Below are positions 30,801-37,094 of a stretch of 64,000 nucleotides of DNA, in pieces. Each line of letters begins with the position of its first letter. Positions within the stretch are counted from its first letter, which is position 1. Location: positions 32,001 through 96,000 of IMG/VR virus record IMGVR_UViG_2933348407_000001. One strand, given 5' to 3'. The notes beneath the pieces were generated by a model. It did no database searches, was not told where the DNA came from, and was given only the letters and a program-made list of their open reading frames with translations. This DNA comes from a virus. Taxonomy: Duplodnaviria; Caudoviricetes. Made by a program: the position numbers and the translations under genes.

Positions 30801-33800
30801 ATGGCGGAGATGGACCGCCGCGACGGCTACACGGACCAGCGCGTTCGTGACGTGCTGCCGGACACCCCGCCAGCCGACGCCGAAGAGGCCGAGCGCCGCG
30901 CAAAGGCCGTCGACGAGGCCCTCGGCTTCGCAGGCGCCGACGTTCCGCGCGTGCGTCGCACCCGTGAGGACATCATCCGTGCGGAGTTCGCCGACTTCGA
31001 CGAGGCCCGCTACCAGGCCGCCATTGCCGCCACGAACGGCTACTTCTACGCCCGGAAGTACAAGTACGGCAGCGGCATCAACGAACGAGAGCTGTTCTCC
31101 GGCGGTGAACTCGCCAAGTTCGGCCGCTGGGAGGAGTACGCCAGCGAGGAACTGAAGGACTGGTACAAGGCCAACGGCGGCCGCATCACGTACAACCAGT
31201 TCCGGCAGACCTACCGGGACAACGACCGCCGAGACCGGCAGCAGTTCGAGGAGGAGCAGCGCCGCCAGGCGGAAGCCGGGCAGACCACGGAGCCCACCAC
31301 CCCGGAGACGGAGCCGTACGACCCGGTCACGCCGCGCTTCGCGGATGAGGCGGCCCTTCGGGATCACATCCGCAGCGGGCAGCTCGACGAGGTGCCCGAA
31401 GACCAGCGTGGAGACGTGCCCTCAGCCGAGGAACGCGCGCAGATCGCCGATGCCGAAAGCACCCAGCTCTCCGACGGCGGCCGACTGCTCATCTACGGCA
31501 ACGAGGCCGGTCGCACCGGCAGCCGCAGCGGGCAGCGGTTCGACGTGGCCCTTCCGGGCAGCATGCAGCCCCTGTTCCGCAGCGGCTTCCACAGCGCCGA
31601 GAAGGCCCGCCAGTACGCCAGCGTCCTCGAGGGCATCAAGGACGCGGACGGCAACCCGTTCCCGTGGGACGCCCCCGACGTCGCCGAGCGCGCCCGCGCG
31701 TTCCGGACCGCCGACGGCAACCGGCTGTTCGACGAGATCACGGAACGCCTGTACGGCTTCAACGACCTCTACGAGCAGTGGAACAGCGACCGCGGCCAGG
31801 CATTGCACCACCGGACGTGGAGCCAGCAGGAAGCCGACTGGAACACCCGCGAGGAGGAAGCCGGCTACTCGATTCCCGTCGACCTGACGGACATTCGCCC
31901 GGGTGACGAAATCAGCTTCCCCGTGGCCACGAGCCGCGGACAGAACACGCGGCCGCAGGACGAGTACGTGGGAACCGTGCACGCTACGGTGACCGGCGAG
32001 GGAGAGCCCTTCCGATACCGCTCGCAGTTCTCTGCCTTCGGGAGTCAGCAGCTCTACCGGTTCCCGGCTGAAGGCTCCTGGACCAACCAGTACGGGGAGC
32101 ACACCGAGATCGACGAGGCGTTCCCGAACCTGGGTGTCGTCCGCCGCCGCCCGCGGCCCGATGAGGTGCCCAGCACGGGCGACGGCCGCGACGACCGTTC
32201 GTCCCGCGCGGACACCCCGCAGGCGGAGACGCCGGGCACCGCGACGCCCCGCGCGCGGCGGCAGCCCGCCCCGGACCGTGCTCCTGCAGAGCCGGAGCCC
32301 GCCGTGCCCTCGGCGCCGGCCGACGAGCCGCAGGGTGAACCCGAGCCCGTGGGCGGTCAGCCCGCGCACTGGGCGCGTGTCCGCGACCTGGTGCAGGGCG
32401 ACATGGTCCGTATGGACGGCCGCACGAGGAACGGTCGCGCCATCACGCGGTCTGGCTACGTCTTCACCGGGCCCGTCGACGTGGAGGTCACTCGCAACGG
32501 CCGTACGGAGCGGATGCTGCGCACGTACGTCACGGCGAACCCGGACGGCACTGGCAAGCGTGGCAATGTCTTCACGCCGCGGAACGCCACCGCGGCGCGG
32601 GCCGAGACGCCCGACGACGTGGTGCCCGGGTCTCCGGCCAGCGGCGCGCAGAGCGCCGTTCAGGCCGGCAACCTCCCCGACCTGATCCCCGCGGACCGGA
32701 ACGGCCGGGGCTTGTTCCCGGGCAGCACGGTCACCAGTGTTGACGGGCTACGTACCCGTGAGGGCACCGTCACGGGCGCCACCAGCACCACGGTGTCGGT
32801 GCGCTGGGACAACGACGACACCGCAGACGGTCTCTCTCCGAACGCCCTCACCGTGACCGGTGGCGACCGCCCCGACGGCTGGACCTCGTCCGGGCAGCGC
32901 GTGACCCCGCGGCACATCGTGACCGACACCGAGGGCGCTCTCCTCGGGCCCGTCGACGAGGTCAACGGCGACCGCGTCACCATCACCACCGCCGAAGGCA
33001 CCATCACGCGGAGCGCCGGAGATCTCCGCGTCGCTGGCGAAGTGCGCGACGACGCCCCGGGCACCGACCCCGTCACCGGCATCGACGACCCGGCGGCCGC
33101 GGACATCAAGGAGGACGACGTCGTGGTCCTGGACCTCGACGGCACGCCCACCACTGTGGCGGTCACCGGTATCCACCGCGAAGGCGACCGCGTCACCATC
33201 GACTTCGCCGACACCACCACAGGCGAGATCGGTCAGATCGACGTGGACGCCTCCCAGGTCATTCCCCGGGCCCAGGGCGCCGACGACACTCCGCCCGACC
33301 TCGGGCCGGACGACGCCCCGGACGCCCCGGACGACCTGACCGTGCACGAGCCGCCGCACCGCGTCGAGCCCGTCACCGGCCCGACCCTCGACCCCGACCT
33401 CACGATGGGCGACCGAGACGTCATCGGTGACCTCGCGGACGGCCCGGACGACGACCCCGACGCCCAGCAGGCCGCCGTACGCATCACTGCCGACCTGCCT
33501 GTCCCCCCGGAGCAGGCCGCCGCGCTTGCCGCGCAGCTCCGCGATTCTGCCGACCCCTCGACCCCGGAGGGCCGTGCCGCCCTGCGCGCCGCCAACCACC
33601 TGGACCGGGCTATCGGCCGGACCCCTCCGCCCGAGCTCAACCGGCCGCGGCCGTCGAACGCCGCACAGGTCGCGGAAGACGACACGATCGCCATCCCTGA
33701 CAACCGGGGCAACGGCGTGAGCGTCTACCGCGTTCGGGGTGTCGAGGACGGCCCCGGCGGTACGCGCAGCCTCCTCCTGGAAGGCGAGGACGGCCGTACA

Positions 33801-35843
33801 CGCCGCCGCGTCGTCCACGGAGCGATGCCGCTGTGGCAGCTCAGTGAGCCCCAGTCGGACGGCGAGAACGGACCGGATGACACCGCCCTTGTGCCGGGCG
33901 CCCCGACTGCGCCGACCCCGAGCCTGCCGCCCGCCGGTGCTCCTCGGGACCCCAACCCGTCCCCGCAGTCCGACGCCGACCGCATCGTCGCCGACCACCC
34001 CCGCGCGGTCGCCGCGCGGATCATCGACGCGGCGATTGCGGGCACCGAACCGCCCGGCGACATCCACGCGCTTCGTGAGCAGATCGCCCAGCGCCTCACC
34101 GCCGAGGCCCTGCGCGATGCACGCCAGGCCGCTCGCGACGACGCCGTGGCCGCGTTGGACGCCGCGGGTGTCACCGGCCGCGACCGGTCCGCAGCGCTGC
34201 AGGCCCTCAAGAAGGCACGGCAGAAGGCCCACACCGCGACGGTGCGCGCCGCCCTGCGCACCATCAACGACCTGGAGCCTCTGCCCGACGAGAGCGACGA
34301 GGACCTCGCCGCGCGGGCCCGTGACCTCCTCAGCCTCATCCCCGACCAGATGGGAGGCACCCCCAACGGGCCCGACAACGACGGTGATGCAGACATCGCC
34401 CGCACCGTCGCCGGGCACGTCGACGACGCCGTGAACGCGATCATGCGGCAGCTTCAGACCGCGGGCGTGGACCCGGGCGACGCCGACCGTATCGCCCGCG
34501 TCCTTGCTCAGCAGATGAACGGCTCCCGACAGGCCACCGCCCGGCAGATCGCCCGCCGAGTGACGGCAGTGTCTCCGCAGGCCGGCCGCCAGCCGGGGCT
34601 GCTCGCCCGGGTCGTGGCCGCGCTCGTCCGTCTCGCCAAGCGCTTCGCGGAACTTGTGCGGGCGGCAGCCCGGAAGATCGCCGAGAAGTACCGCAGTGCC
34701 CGTGAGCGCATGCGACGCCTGCGCGCCTTCCTCGGCCGTCTCGCCCGCCGGGTCCGGGAGTGGCCGGAGTCTCGGCGCCTGGCCCGCCTGCACCGCGCCC
34801 TCGACCTGCCCGGAGCCGACGGTGAGTCCCTGACGGCCCGGATCTCCCACTGGGCCGGCCTGATGCCGGAGGCCGGACGCTTCGGTCAGGCTCAGCGCCG
34901 TGTCACGTGGTGGAAGCCCACGACGTGGGCGCAGCTTGCCGCCGGGCGGCTCCCGGGCCGAAGCGACCGCACTCAGTGGGCGCCGGACCGGGCCGCGGAC
35001 GGTGGCCCCGGCCTGACTGCGCTCCGCCACCTGGCAGCGCTGAGGGCGGCCGGCGGCGATGTCGACCAGGACGTGACCCGCCGTCTGGCCGACGTTCTCG
35101 GCGGCGACTTCGGCGGCGACCCTCACGGCACGCTGCAGCGCGCGGACGACTACGTGGCGCTCACCGAGCGCCGCCTGGTCAACCTCCAGGCCGCGCGGAC
35201 GGGCGGCACCCTGCCGGATGACCCCGACCTCGAGGTCGAGATCACTGCGGCTCGGGCCGAAGCCGCGGCCGCGCGCCGAGAGTGGGCGGACCTGCGGGCC
35301 CAGTACGCCGCGGCGGTCCCGGACGCGGTCGCGGCGACCCTCGCTGAGATCCGCGACATGGGTCCCGAAGGGAACGCCAGCATCGTGTTCGGTCCGGACT
35401 CCACGCCGGACGCCGAGCGGGCCGTACGGGGCGTGCAGCGCCTCGTGCCTCGGGCGTGGCTCAACACCCCGGCCGCGCGCCGCGTGACGGCCGTGGACGG
35501 CGACGAGGGCCGCTACGAGCCCGACGGGCAGCGGATCACGATCGCCGATCTCGCCGACGACGGGCTGGGCACCGCCGGGCACGCCCTTGCCCAGCACCTT
35601 GCCCAGCACCTGGGAGACCTGGACGCCGCCCAGCGCGCGTTCTGGTTCAACCAGACCCACACCGGCCGGCCGGGCGCCCGCCGCATGCGGCGCAGCACCC
35701 TCAGCCGCATCATGCGTCGCCAGCAGACGCAACCGGACACCGGTGACACCCTCGCCCGGTCCGTTCAGTCGATGTTCAACGGCGACTGGTACCTGGATGA
35801 CGACCTTCGGGCGTTCCTTCTGGGCCTGCTCGCCACCCGATGA
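18813..35843 (+). CDS. giant polyvalent DarB-like protein: N6-adenine methyltransferase, SNF2 helicase and accessory domains
   Basis: MTase motifs VLEAGSGAGTFF and AIGNVPF; helicase motifs AHEVGLGKT, VDEAH, LATGTP and EQRNGRILR; N-terminal WNPALHPRDSKGRF; start could instead be 18801. Confidence 0.85.
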   Translation: MLNRPTAQAESQDLSRDLEVKVTRRPWNPALHPRDSKGRFIETGGVVRTWGGKLARVIRALPHDRILVQDQTGPNEFNGRRHTTSAKWVSMVARPDGSAPTDDEEKVAEEDERRTQDPRRGNGVARDDDGDPDTPNEPHDQDDKGRPIGDDDGDGPDNDDDQDEPEDGAHPVNVDALPNRQHAAGARHKDTAAVRRHFTQLAEQPGTSPDMATFLLSVAHDDDLQTAPSGRLAILRDERNGRFYLTATGTGQRVDAAGDFDTAQDAERFAEHLDKTAVNGQLTKFQQPFDFSDPQLDREARDWRTTRGENIQGAIQRARTEFAGTPAPTATPKTSADNRTDGSGQRFSTLQAARAHWQQRLGQINDLGPDSLREQRAARHLEGLISNDRIKLVGRGQFVVGQDQNGEWYLVATGNGLPLRRRWTSQRGAQAFAESFAENPPMGDDGKPLDLSDPNVRIATWRSEDNRSISEVIDAAAEKFQRENAAGEPPAVTPAPAAVPETPAAPQAPETPEEPQAPALPGNAEPVEGVDGYHYVNDGGSITLYGPDGQVAATSERGYPPQAKIDGVTVPVPQYPKQGAAVMARLHRAAKNPDQRDRITAAWVMKPGKDGKPAKRVMVFRGTIKGDDRDYDAVGSTRAIKWAPSLRAYSTQSNMTEATRDERISEVLSNLARQGRNVHVTDETAAGAPGAPANAVDETEALRKAIANADDARLSQMKYERWGTINRTRSEANRRRLNSEVEMIDDELKRRRKERDEAAARDATSLSDDDIANRIRESQEERGTYGVRKGQEANDVERAIYSERRRRSQALVDDDTDLTTAAEDDLAKARETVAERVRMHQAAGDDPEAERTMRQALQNRHDVIVGEQQRRHAQQIADRPPVVDLTDEELSQEYNDLLRRDFRKAPPEAQQVLEGRMEDVKRERRDREKRAITDRDAPENLSDEDLKEEYTELRRTRSSYTGTDDVKAARKERMAALEAEQNRRDTTPETEQLLARVDNPDANGMISIDGRSGYGYVDYRDQTHGYAGRQLGWTWGKQRHSHGDTAYPSRAAALAAMVQAYDNDPDTRGERTWGTKRRVFVPKMFVELYQNERLRDRLADASEERQFLYSLFRDRYGWDDGVNPLVPSNKKGHNIKGRNLWVPEGLLAELNRVTEELSRDMSVRATDRDADSSDRQKAKTRLASINVALHGIEAQRESVRKNGGDDDRKVISREEIEAQQAALRAALGGDDDEHVQSDGPGSLEDVPAQGVGGDDRSGGVRRDEGQGDRDSDSEGRGGSGADSSGADGVRGAGRPAQADQGGRNSDGPGGASAGAGARGGEGAGADANGEAPAGDQGPDVRRVARFRPDPANAPKGARARATANVEAIRVLKKLEAENRPATDEERRILARWSGWGSVPILFANEPNEKEPRYQQGGTRYGKFAKDHERWSEYSDVRSELQRVLTPVEFRQASRGVLSMHYTPQPIAEAMWEGLRAFGFDRGDVLEAGSGAGTFFGVAPNGARLTGVELDPTTARIAQAIYPHANVLNESFAETDVGPGTFDAAIGNVPFARVPFDDKRYPAESLHNGFVTKEIALVRPGGITAVITSRQTLDSKGDRARRQMAKYGDLVGAVRLPSGVFTDAGTGVTTDVLVFRRREDGTEPADPSWLDAPERDINGTAHHINAYFDEHPEHILGTLTTQSGPYGPEVTVKGDPAKAAEQLRAALDDIAAKAKADGRGYEPHPDGDNRPPVQLQTAREKHANDWTGRLYEGDDGQFYQHVNGAEPVLLEPADGNTAQLRALMQLRDVAAELRELDRKNDEEERAEALRAQLRDLHADYVAEYGPLSKPGQHRTKGGRPTAWGYFRADPDAAAVLALERWDASKGEPALSRVFTERAAARRQPLSSTNDPKAALAAVVAAKGEVDLGEIARLLDVTPQEAVKRLGNEVFTDPETGGLELAGAYLSGAVRDKLDAARKAAERDPGYAVNVAALEAVQPPDRTIGQFTPEMGAHWTPPELLQGFLREYLGDRTLRVAHDDRYGWVLNTGRVPEANNVMYGVPAVEPDPDKGIKGNKGKNAVEIARAILGFGSLTVYEDDKRKEVDEATSRLIRQKADQMRAEFAKYATANAERLSVLTDSYNRIMNGHIVRSYEGMSPTLEGFTPDRNPHAWQLAGAARMQFERGVILAHEVGLGKTSTLVMGTQALKASGQIEKPMAVVPNHVSKQFYDEARLLYPNADIHLITSADLAGDRRGSTLEWLRANKPDLVIFTEEAFGSIKMSPEAQDDYEFRELEALREQLDRQYEDADNPNHPFIVAKIEQRIATVSKNINKNAAPMRRPGETYWDDLGFDYFVVDEAHRYKGVGFRSKEGGGDPASIRGVDLHQKTTDLHRRRQGRATITLATGTPLSNSISEQFTMLMFAAPWVLDAYKAGAPDLWANTFGRKTLRIENAPDGSGLRVVERFSEFHNKRAMKTMWGLVADTKRGDDVGIPRPKLKGGKPNLIMVDATPDQKKRLKGLVARGRAIHNGEVDRHQDNMLAVSNEGTSVALDPRLIDAKAPAGNKLKAVADRHIERYFQHKDRIYPVTRDSLVDHPVPGALQMIFLNEGVPGGKNKGNFDAYAELKRLMVAGGIPAHKIAFVQDAKKSGKPEDMTELFRKAREGEIAVLIGSSAVAGTGMNAQDRMISLSHVDLDWGAAQMEQRNGRILRYGNLNPEVEIDIYATKGSMDGWKAGFVAAKAEGLVDIQRPEPEDGDSSDVVQEIDGAEFDYETMEAEIGGNPFMSQLMKAKRRLKDLEIDQHNEAAERIRRAEALDALRQEAQATRDGIQRREQALPRIQEADDRFRMTIGGSPYGERSDAGKALHRQITSRLLEHNREGLSDWHVLGQFRGLDFGVRTEKTADGKLVAHVGFPDLRHSDFERTVEDLQKKGAGAGMITRLGNALDKAPALQESDQAKVPELDEQIALLQSAHAAADLTPQIDHARKRSNLLEEIVARVTNLDAKPEIDPDELDKERYKNKDDREKIAKGRREEREPLQAAVDEAVANLHRWDEENPAPEQDDTVRLSEDEVREALARLTPEPSTPPKPGAPETNNRSSADADTDVDEPNPDETEAPDTTGSGSSDEPPAAVPAEGDTDAQNDGQDQDDVVRLSEEEVNDTLASIQPDADTTGGDEPDEPLRYAWDKPEDFVTLTMPAALADFLNVDETAAMEDPDTRKALKEAKPGRRGTLQVTGPIEVHRALLQWAWTLEGGEGLESDPSDVRAYKAYAKRIDEADADLQRRRAEREAAASADTDENNTPDTDNTNDGGSDAPPADAPSTAEPDGEDDQDQSTDDDTEASDTVTLTPDEVSDQLDAVRPEGSKAPSSMDDGEIRDEIVDLMGREMADELSGADRTRLQVLEAEEARRAGRAPKPEPKPKRTTEEPGGLFDVDQPTTQQPSSAADVDNPEDQPDDLFGTPDMIADAEGRSTEGLRPARMRNAADLEQGDRYTDADGRTHTVSEPPVKTPRGRTRIVTDDGEERFYNADAQVRLRYPDEEIPDNETDERSADDDADNVPAVDEPETSEPDVDGTPADEPEFTPDSYRSSAKDRADRMTGLIDQATDGAGGDELPEVSEVRDALGRAEDSDDPDAELRSAADRLDDLAEMYELGGPDGERAADLFRQAARIARGEDEDDRRGDDDRNEDDSEAPDATNQDSEEDQDDDEERQQRRNGDADSDAADPDGAPDGGGAGTPAAPTDEEDEDGSPDDVPDNSDDEQDEPEAEEDDEQDDRRRRRRRRRRNGGGGSGGPSGPGLPHLNLPDLNTPDTGGADGNGDGGDGRGTRDRGRTPVRHSDVNSLRRAWKNGDGLTPAEDTPQRREALAQAADRDGLALSPGGGLVTWPEQQEDGTTLWRFAQARNGANLTGLSLTTEDPEEARALAGRFEEITGRDGQPFDWQQAWGPSTVGQWRDGEGRNLQRALQAVLDDFEQQRDASAQPEPTPERRALPDDLTGLDDDELVDAWSNDLSDEDQKRLMAEMDRRDGYTDQRVRDVLPDTPPADAEEAERRAKAVDEALGFAGADVPRVRRTREDIIRAEFADFDEARYQAAIAATNGYFYARKYKYGSGINERELFSGGELAKFGRWEEYASEELKDWYKANGGRITYNQFRQTYRDNDRRDRQQFEEEQRRQAEAGQTTEPTTPETEPYDPVTPRFADEAALRDHIRSGQLDEVPEDQRGDVPSAEERAQIADAESTQLSDGGRLLIYGNEAGRTGSRSGQRFDVALPGSMQPLFRSGFHSAEKARQYASVLEGIKDADGNPFPWDAPDVAERARAFRTADGNRLFDEITERLYGFNDLYEQWNSDRGQALHHRTWSQQEADWNTREEEAGYSIPVDLTDIRPGDEISFPVATSRGQNTRPQDEYVGTVHATVTGEGEPFRYRSQFSAFGSQQLYRFPAEGSWTNQYGEHTEIDEAFPNLGVVRRRPRPDEVPSTGDGRDDRSSRADTPQAETPGTATPRARRQPAPDRAPAEPEPAVPSAPADEPQGEPEPVGGQPAHWARVRDLVQGDMVRMDGRTRNGRAITRSGYVFTGPVDVEVTRNGRTERMLRTYVTANPDGTGKRGNVFTPRNATAARAETPDDVVPGSPASGAQSAVQAGNLPDLIPADRNGRGLFPGSTVTSVDGLRTREGTVTGATSTTVSVRWDNDDTADGLSPNALTVTGGDRPDGWTSSGQRVTPRHIVTDTEGALLGPVDEVNGDRVTITTAEGTITRSAGDLRVAGEVRDDAPGTDPVTGIDDPAAADIKEDDVVVLDLDGTPTTVAVTGIHREGDRVTIDFADTTTGEIGQIDVDASQVIPRAQGADDTPPDLGPDDAPDAPDDLTVHEPPHRVEPVTGPTLDPDLTMGDRDVIGDLADGPDDDPDAQQAAVRITADLPVPPEQAAALAAQLRDSADPSTPEGRAALRAANHLDRAIGRTPPPELNRPRPSNAAQVAEDDTIAIPDNRGNGVSVYRVRGVEDGPGGTRSLLLEGEDGRTRRRVVHGAMPLWQLSEPQSDGENGPDDTALVPGAPTAPTPSLPPAGAPRDPNPSPQSDADRIVADHPRAVAARIIDAAIAGTEPPGDIHALREQIAQRLTAEALRDARQAARDDAVAALDAAGVTGRDRSAALQALKKARQKAHTATVRAALRTINDLEPLPDESDEDLAARARDLLSLIPDQMGGTPNGPDNDGDADIARTVAGHVDDAVNAIMRQLQTAGVDPGDADRIARVLAQQMNGSRQATARQIARRVTAVSPQAGRQPGLLARVVAALVRLAKRFAELVRAAARKIAEKYRSARERMRRLRAFLGRLARRVREWPESRRLARLHRALDLPGADGESLTARISHWAGLMPEAGRFGQAQRRVTWWKPTTWAQLAAGRLPGRSDRTQWAPDRAADGGPGLTALRHLAALRAAGGDVDQDVTRRLADVLGGDFGGDPHGTLQRADDYVALTERRLVNLQAARTGGTLPDDPDLEVEITAARAEAAAARREWADLRAQYAAAVPDAVAATLAEIRDMGPEGNASIVFGPDSTPDAERAVRGVQRLVPRAWLNTPAARRVTAVDGDEGRYEPDGQRITIADLADDGLGTAGHALAQHLAQHLGDLDAAQRAFWFNQTHTGRPGARRMRRSTLSRIMRRQQTQPDTGDTLARSVQSMFNGDWYLDDDLRAFLLGLLATR
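22504..22842 (+). CDS. nested +1-frame gene (TnpV-like small helical protein) inside the giant ORF
   Basis: GGAGG at 22494, ATG 22504; third-position GC bias switches to this frame; HWRTYLP..W..M.DPEAF pattern. Confidence 0.65.
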   Translation: MTNMFSPMVRDHWRTYLPKEWAAMTDPEAFVETKAREIETQILKAEEALEQTVPEPTEYEEQVGRHKQIRADATAMVLAELLPEPEPGAEKAPEQTPMEKHLQEIRDLMYDA

Positions 35844-35853
35844 GGAGGTAGCC

Positions 35854-36123
35854 GTGCCGTTCACCGTCACCGGCGCGTTCGATGACGGGGCGACCTACAG
35901 CGTGCAGGTCACCGGGCGGGCCGACCGCCCGGTGATCGGGTCGCACCGCGCCACCGCCCTGGTGGAGCTCCATCAGGGAAGCCCGGTCTCCCTGTCCCCG
36001 ACCGGCCCCGTCCGTACGGTGGCCGGAGACGATGAGGCGACCGTGCTCGCAGTGCTGCGGGAGTACACCAAGGTCGTCGAGGAGGGGCCCGGCGCTCCAC
36101 AGCAGGCCAGCGTTCCCGGGTGA
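35854..36123 (+). CDS. small hypothetical protein
   Basis: GAGGAGG RBS directly after the giant ORF stop; GTG start. Confidence 0.7.
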   Translation: MPFTVTGAFDDGATYSVQVTGRADRPVIGSHRATALVELHQGSPVSLSPTGPVRTVAGDDEATVLAVLREYTKVVEEGPGAPQQASVPG

Positions 36124-36130
36124 GCCAGGC

Positions 36131-36160
36131 GCTTGCACAATTGTGCAAGAACGATCTTGG
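36131..36160 (+). promoter_or_regulatory. 30-bp element with 18-bp palindrome, copy 2
   Basis: Identical to 18723-18752. Confidence 0.75.
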
Positions 36161-36182
36161 TCCGGGATGGGGCGGGCGTGGC

Positions 36183-36212
36183 CGGGACACAAGCGGCCCC
36201 GCCCGTCATCCT
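36183..36212 (+). promoter_or_regulatory. putative late-promoter motif (leaderless)
   Basis: CGGGACACAAGC-N12-CATCCT-N6-GTG(36219). Confidence 0.55.
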
Positions 36213-36218
36213 CCACCC

Positions 36219-36824
36219 GTGACCAGATACGGATTCGCCATCAAGGCCTTCCCCAAGGGCGGTAAGCCGTTCGGGGACGAAGAAGACGACGAGCAGCCCG
36301 AGGGCGCCGAGGAGGAGACGCTCGAGGGCGAAGGCCCCGCAGCGGCTTTCGAGGACCCTTCCGCCGACATGGGCCAGGACCCCGCGGCGCCGCCCGAGGA
36401 CCCGGCCGCGCCCCCGGAGGACCCGGCCGCCGAACCGCCCACACAGGGAGCCGAGCCCCCGACGGAGGGCGAGGAGCCGGTCGACGCACCAGAGCCGCCG
36501 GCCGACGACGCCCGGCCGTGGGCGGGCGACATGTACGACGAGGGCGACGAGACCGACCCGGCCGACTCCTTTTCCGCGTACACCGGCAGCAACGGCGAAC
36601 AGGCTTGGTTGGATCGGGCCCCAGACGGCACACTGACCGGGTGGGTCAGGGACGGCACGGGCCAGGTATGGCGCTACACCGACCCGGACGCGTGGGCGGT
36701 CGACGTGGACGGCGCGCACATGACCCGCACGCACAGCCAGGCCGACGAACCTTCCGCCCCGCCCGCGGACGCCCCACCCGGCAACCGCGGCGTACAGGAC
36801 TCGATGTTCCAGCAAGGGAGCTGA
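36219..36824 (+). CDS. acidic Pro-rich hypothetical protein in the head module
   Basis: PPEDPAA repeats and a Trp-rich C-terminal domain; start inferred from the promoter motif. Confidence 0.65.
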   Translation: MTRYGFAIKAFPKGGKPFGDEEDDEQPEGAEEETLEGEGPAAAFEDPSADMGQDPAAPPEDPAAPPEDPAAEPPTQGAEPPTEGEEPVDAPEPPADDARPWAGDMYDEGDETDPADSFSAYTGSNGEQAWLDRAPDGTLTGWVRDGTGQVWRYTDPDAWAVDVDGAHMTRTHSQADEPSAPPADAPPGNRGVQDSMFQQGS

Positions 36825-36825
36825 C

Positions 36826-37035
36826 GTGCAGTTGACCCGCAGCACCGCCTTTGCGCTCCAGCAGGAGGGCAAAGCCGCCTTCGAGGCGGGCGACCCCGCT
36901 GACTCCAGCCCGTACAGCCGGTTCGGCAACGCGGAGCAGCAGTTCGGCTACCAGTTCTGGACCCGCGGCTACATCACGGCGCGTTCGGCCGCCGAGGGTG
37001 CCCAAGAGCCTGCAGGAGCCAGCGCAGGACGTTAG
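36826..37035 (+). CDS. small protein, Rmf/CrpP-like pattern
   Basis: EGKAAFEAG....SPY....W.RGY; GGGAG RBS. Confidence 0.55.
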   Translation: MQLTRSTAFALQQEGKAAFEAGDPADSSPYSRFGNAEQQFGYQFWTRGYITARSAAEGAQEPAGASAGR

Positions 37036-37094
37036 CCAGACGCGAACGGCACGGTGCCCGGCGGCCCACTGTCCACCGCCGGAGGTTCCCCGCC

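Noticed and set aside
18537-35870. Very long minus-strand ORFs opposite the giant gene (e.g. 25071-27896, 28110-31367, 32748-35870)
   Set aside because: Antisense shadows expected from high third-position GC; V/G/L-rich with no motifs or RBS
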